Source: Candidatus Pacebacteria bacterium UBA6180 (lineage in GTDB: Bacteria > Patescibacteriota > Microgenomatia > UBA1400 > PJMF01). Taken from it: a stretch of DNA of 64,000 nucleotides. The notes below the pieces were generated by a model. It searched no databases, was not told where the DNA came from, and saw only the letters and a list, made by a program, of their open reading frames with translations. The stretch lies in NCBI GenBank assembly GCA_002422165.1, contig DITQ01000010.1, positions 56,595 through 120,594 of the forward strand, given 5' to 3'. Within the stretch, counting starts at the first letter, position 1. Every line of letters starts with the position of its first letter. The position numbers and the translations under genes are program-made. Positions 59,876 through 64,000 of this stretch are shown piece by piece.

Positions 59876-60637
59876 ATGAGCGGAAAGAGGTTTTTCATTG
59901 GGCTGAGTGCAATTGTAATCTCGCTCGCCCTGGGAGGCATCATGACCTCCCTCACCCGTGATCCGCGGTGGATTGAAATTCCACTGTGGCTCTACGGCGC
60001 CACCCTAGCACTGCTAGTGGTCTGGGGTCTTTACAGGCTATACCAGACAAAGGGGCCGGGGGTGGTGATTTTTGGAGGGATGGGAGTAGGCAGCATCGTT
60101 GCTTGCCTGCTACTGTCATACTTAGGGGGAATGTTCACGAGGTGGGGTTCCACGGTCAACGTGGCCAGCTCCCTTGGTGGATACCAAGGCAGCTGGTGGG
60201 AGTACATCGGTACTCCTGGCTTCATCTACTTGGGATTCCTGGCCGCCGCCTTTGTCACCATCTGGGTGACGGGGGCAAGCCGTTGGCTCCCAACCCTAAT
60301 TTTGGCTGGCGCCAGCTTTGCAGGCGCCCTCTATCTAGGTCAGGTAGAGGTGTTTTGGAAGGCGGCCGCTGGCGGCGCAATTAGCGTCGTCATCGGAACA
60401 GCCCTCGACCTAGGGCTGGTGAAGAAACCCTCCGCCAGCAGCGGCTTGACAGCCGTTGCTTTCGGTGCCATTGCCCACTCGATCATTTATCTGGTCGTGG
60501 GGGCGTTGCTCGCTCAGATTACTCTGAGCGTGGGGTTCTTCAATCCGTCTGCTGGGCAGACGGTCATCGCCGGCTTCCTCGCCGGTGCTGGTGTAACCAG
60601 CATGGTGAGGAACTACATTTTTTTGAGGGGGGTTTAA
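59876..60637 (+). CDS. Gly-rich polytopic membrane protein
   Basis: About 8 hydrophobic segments; AAGGAGG at 59865-59871; visibly GC-rich. Confidence 0.8.
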   Translation: MSGKRFFIGLSAIVISLALGGIMTSLTRDPRWIEIPLWLYGATLALLVVWGLYRLYQTKGPGVVIFGGMGVGSIVACLLLSYLGGMFTRWGSTVNVASSLGGYQGSWWEYIGTPGFIYLGFLAAAFVTIWVTGASRWLPTLILAGASFAGALYLGQVEVFWKAAAGGAISVVIGTALDLGLVKKPSASSGLTAVAFGAIAHSIIYLVVGALLAQITLSVGFFNPSAGQTVIAGFLAGAGVTSMVRNYIFLRGV

Positions 60638-60652
60638 ATGCGTTTGTCGAAA

Positions 60653-60692
60653 AAGAGGTCTTGTGGAAGCGAAAGCGACCACAAGACCTCTT
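60653..60692. terminator. 14-bp stem hairpin after the membrane protein gene
   Basis: aagaggtcttgtgg / ccacaagacctctt. Confidence 0.65.
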
Positions 60693-60836
60693 GATCTATT
60701 TATTTGACTGTGATTTTGTTCTAGTTAGCTGACAGCTTAAGCCAATTAACAAGCTTAAACTGACTATTTACTCTAAGGGTTGTTTTTTGTTAGACTGGTG
60801 GATGGCAGCTTTTTTGTTTTTAGGAACCCTCTCACC

Positions 60837-62387
60837 ATGCAGATCATGAGGCTGATTAGGAGAGTTTTTGCTCCTGTCCACAGGCTTACCACCAGCGAAC
60901 TACTTGCCAATTTCAAGCAATCTAACTTTTTGAAGCGTTTGCTTGGCATGGCAAAAGTCGGCGATCGCCGCTCTGCTTTAGTGCGGGCCAAAGCAGTTTA
61001 CCAGCAGCTCATCGGTGACAAGCATCACCAAGGTCAGCTAAATTCTCTTGAAGTCGAAAACATTTTTCTCACTCAAACTGGAGTACTGGTTTTTTACCAT
61101 GTCGTCCAAGGACAGCAAATTCAAATTTGGACGATGCTTTTCGAAACTGCTTCGCCACGCCATTTCCTGTGGCGCAAACCGCGTTTGATTACGGAGTTCA
61201 GAGATGAGGGGGACGAGTGGCGTTTCATCTCGCTGCAGCAAACTGACTCGAACTTTGAAGCCTTCTGGCACTCCAAACTTTTGGGTCAACTGCTCAAGGT
61301 TTATCCCAGATACCGCTTTCAGCGGCAAATCGAACTCAAAAACCCTATTCCTCTACTGATGAAGCCGCATCACTACAACCCGATGATAAGTCCGCACCTC
61401 AGAAATTCTTGGGAGGCGCTTTCGACTTTCAACCCAGCGGCTTTTTACGCTGCTGATCAAGTACATTTACTTTACCGTGCGCAAGGTTTTGACTATGTTT
61501 CGCAAATTGGTTACGCGACTAGCAGCGATGGCCTCACTGTTACCAAGCGTTTTACAGAGCCTATTTATCGACCGACAGCTGCATTTGAGGGAGCGAGTTT
61601 GCCACCTGGTGATCCAGCTGGCCAATTTGCTTCTGGTGGCGGCAGTGGTGGGATTGAAGACCCGCGTGCGACTGTTATCGATGATCGCGTTTACATGACC
61701 TACGTCGCTTATGACGGTTGGAGTCCGCCGCGAGTGGCCTTGACCTCGATTGCCTTGACTGATTTTCTGAATCACAATTTCCTCTGGGAGAAGCCGGTTT
61801 TAATTTCGCCTCCAGGCATAGTCGATAAGAGTGCCGTAATTTTTCCGGAGAAGATCAATGGCAAATACGTCATCATGCATCGAGTTTTCCCAGATATCTT
61901 AATTGACTATGTCGATTCTTTGGATTTCGATGGTAATACTTTTCTAACTGGTCAACACAAAATTTCTCCGCGCTCTCGTGATTTTTGGGACAGTCGCAAA
62001 GTTGGTGCTGGCGCACCACCCCTCAAAACCCCAGCCGGCTGGCTACTCATTTACCAGGGAGTGGATGACAAAGACGCTAGTGAATACAAGGTTGGAGCGA
62101 TGCTATTAGATCTAAATGACCCTGCCAAAGTCTTGGCTAGATCCGCTGAGCCGATTCTTCTACCCAGAGAAAAATATGAGAATAATGGTTTTAAGGCAGG
62201 CGTAGTTTACCCCTGTGGCGCCCTGATCAAAGACGACACTTTGTTCGTCTATTATGGCGGAGCTGACTCTTACGTCTGTGTCGCTACTGCTGTGCTAAAC
62301 AAATTTCTCGAAGCTTTACAAAAAACTGGCAACACCAATTTAAACTCAGTCTTATTGGCTGTAGAACAGGAAGATCCTCATGAGTAA
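60837..62387 (+). CDS. GH130-like glycosidase/phosphorylase with N-terminal extension
   Basis: TFNPAA, LLYRA, GIEDPR, YVAYDG, VVYPCG, VYYGGAD; start taken at ATG 60837. Confidence 0.88.
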   Translation: MQIMRLIRRVFAPVHRLTTSELLANFKQSNFLKRLLGMAKVGDRRSALVRAKAVYQQLIGDKHHQGQLNSLEVENIFLTQTGVLVFYHVVQGQQIQIWTMLFETASPRHFLWRKPRLITEFRDEGDEWRFISLQQTDSNFEAFWHSKLLGQLLKVYPRYRFQRQIELKNPIPLLMKPHHYNPMISPHLRNSWEALSTFNPAAFYAADQVHLLYRAQGFDYVSQIGYATSSDGLTVTKRFTEPIYRPTAAFEGASLPPGDPAGQFASGGGSGGIEDPRATVIDDRVYMTYVAYDGWSPPRVALTSIALTDFLNHNFLWEKPVLISPPGIVDKSAVIFPEKINGKYVIMHRVFPDILIDYVDSLDFDGNTFLTGQHKISPRSRDFWDSRKVGAGAPPLKTPAGWLLIYQGVDDKDASEYKVGAMLLDLNDPAKVLARSAEPILLPREKYENNGFKAGVVYPCGALIKDDTLFVYYGGADSYVCVATAVLNKFLEALQKTGNTNLNSVLLAVEQEDPHE

Positions 62388-64000
62388 AATTCTTGCCCGT
62401 CGCTGCGACCGCAACCCCTTGCTGATTCCCGACGAGCAATTGCTTTGGCAGGCCCGGGCAGTCTTTAACGCTTGTCCAGTTGACCTTGGTGAGAAAATTG
62501 GCTTACTGTATCGAGCAGAATCAGAAGAACAGGAGTTTGAAGGTCGATCTTACCGCGTTTCGACTATTGGTTACGCTGAGAGCAATGACAGGAACGAGAT
62601 TTCTGGAATCAGGCAATTCATCTCGCCTTCAGAAAGTTTTGATAAATTTGGCTGTGAAGATCCGCGAGTTACCAAAATAGACGATCAATACTTGATTTTT
62701 TATACAGCGCTCTCTGATTTTCCACCCTCGGCTGATTCCATCAAAGTTGGCTTAGCCATAAGTCCTGATCTAAAAACCGTTGCCGCTAAACACCTAGTTA
62801 CCCCCTTCAACGCCAAAGCAATGGTGCTTTTTCCAGAGAAAATCAATGGTCAATACGTGGCGATTTTGACCGTCAACACGGATCGCCCACCTTCCAGCAT
62901 TGCTCTGGTGCGCTTCGATCGTTTGGAGCAAATTTGGGATCAGCAGTTTTGGTGTGACTGGTACGCTACTTATGAGGAGAAAACTTTGCCTATTCAGCGC
63001 TTAAATACCGATCACGTCGAAGTTGGTGCGGTGCCTGTTAAAACCAGTGCGGGTTGGATTATGGTTTATGCTCACATACAGCACTACCAAAATTCAGAGC
63101 AGCGCATTTTTGGGATCGAAGCAGTTCTGCTTGATTTGGACGATCCGAGTCGCATAATTGGTCGCACCACTGAGCCATTTTTGCAGCCAGAGCTAGAGTA
63201 CGAAAGAAAAGGTGTGATTCCCAATGTCATCTTTCCTTCTGGGGCAATTATTAGGCAGGATGAGCTGCGCATTTATTACGGAGCGGCAGACACGGTGGTG
63301 GCGATGGCGCGCTTGAAGCTAGATGCACTACTGAGCTACTTACAGCAGAATGTTCATTTGGTAGCACCCAAACTGATCAGGTTCAGGGGAAACCCCATCC
63401 TGACACCCATTGAACAAGTCAACTGGCGTGCTCAGGCTGTTTTTAATTCTGCCGCAGTTTATGCCAATGATAAATTTCATTTGCTTTATCGCGCCATGTC
63501 ACCAGACAACACCTCGACAATTGGCTACGCCAGCAGTCGAGATGGTTTCAACTTCGATGAGCAGAGTTTGGAGCCAGTTTACATTCCGCGGATGAGTTTT
63601 GAGCAAAAAACCAGAGTAAATGATTTTTCTGGCTGCGAAGATCCAAGACTGACGCTTTTTGAAGACAGGTTTTATATGTTTTATACTGCTTACGATGGTA
63701 TTCGCCCACCTCAGGTGGCTCTGACTAGCATCGCAGTTGCTGATTTTGCTAGGCAGGAATGGCTGTGGAGCGAGCCGATCTTGATTTCTGATCCGACCAC
63801 TGATAACAAAAATGCTTGCTTGTTCCCCAGGAAAATCAAGGATAAGTTTGTCATTTTACACCGCGTTCTTGGTCAAGACATCGCCATAGATCTTGTGGAC
63901 GATTTAGAGTTTAAGCAAGGTTCTTGGTTGGAGAAGGAGGGTTTGATTTCTGCGCGTGCTGGTCACTGGGACAGCGCCAAGATTGGCATCGCTGGTCCAC
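62380..64000 (+). CDS. Tandem two-domain GH130-like protein (partial, runs off window end)
   Basis: Hand translation from ATG 62380: VFNA..LLYRA..GCEDPR..IYYGAAD, then a second VFNS..LLYRA..GCEDPR. Confidence 0.85.
   Translation, partial: MSKILARRCDRNPLLIPDEQLLWQARAVFNACPVDLGEKIGLLYRAESEEQEFEGRSYRVSTIGYAESNDRNEISGIRQFISPSESFDKFGCEDPRVTKIDDQYLIFYTALSDFPPSADSIKVGLAISPDLKTVAAKHLVTPFNAKAMVLFPEKINGQYVAILTVNTDRPPSSIALVRFDRLEQIWDQQFWCDWYATYEEKTLPIQRLNTDHVEVGAVPVKTSAGWIMVYAHIQHYQNSEQRIFGIEAVLLDLDDPSRIIGRTTEPFLQPELEYERKGVIPNVIFPSGAIIRQDELRIYYGAADTVVAMARLKLDALLSYLQQNVHLVAPKLIRFRGNPILTPIEQVNWRAQAVFNSAAVYANDKFHLLYRAMSPDNTSTIGYASSRDGFNFDEQSLEPVYIPRMSFEQKTRVNDFSGCEDPRLTLFEDRFYMFYTAYDGIRPPQVALTSIAVADFARQEWLWSEPILISDPTTDNKNACLFPRKIKDKFVILHRVLGQDIAIDLVDDLEFKQGSWLEKEGLISARAGHWDSAKIGIAGP

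Overview
Chromosomal window from a reduced-genome bacterium. Gene content and order point to Patescibacteria/CPR, Microgenomates-like (inference). It holds housekeeping genes (dnaB, glyA, folD, rpsB-tsf, gyrB-ppaC-gyrA, rpmF-nusB-rnc-rpsP-KH, recG, tyrS, a class A PBP, pheST, infC-rpmI-rplT), three tRNAs without encoded CCA, a split type IV pilus locus, a histidine-decarboxylase-family gene and GH130-like glycosidases. The strongest unexplained signals are non-coding. (1) Two homologous ~165-nt elements (331-492 and 57348-57516) share a nearly gap-free, ~60%-identical core with compensatory base-pair changes, yet each is closed by its own unrelated 24-28 bp inverted repeat. (2) A REP/BIME-like palindrome cluster occurs at two loci. 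(3) A palindromic 11-6-11 dif-like site lies near the single Xer recombinase. (4) A candidate leaderless uORF/attenuator precedes a queuosine-precursor transporter. All assignments come from reading by eye; no database searches or folding programs were run.
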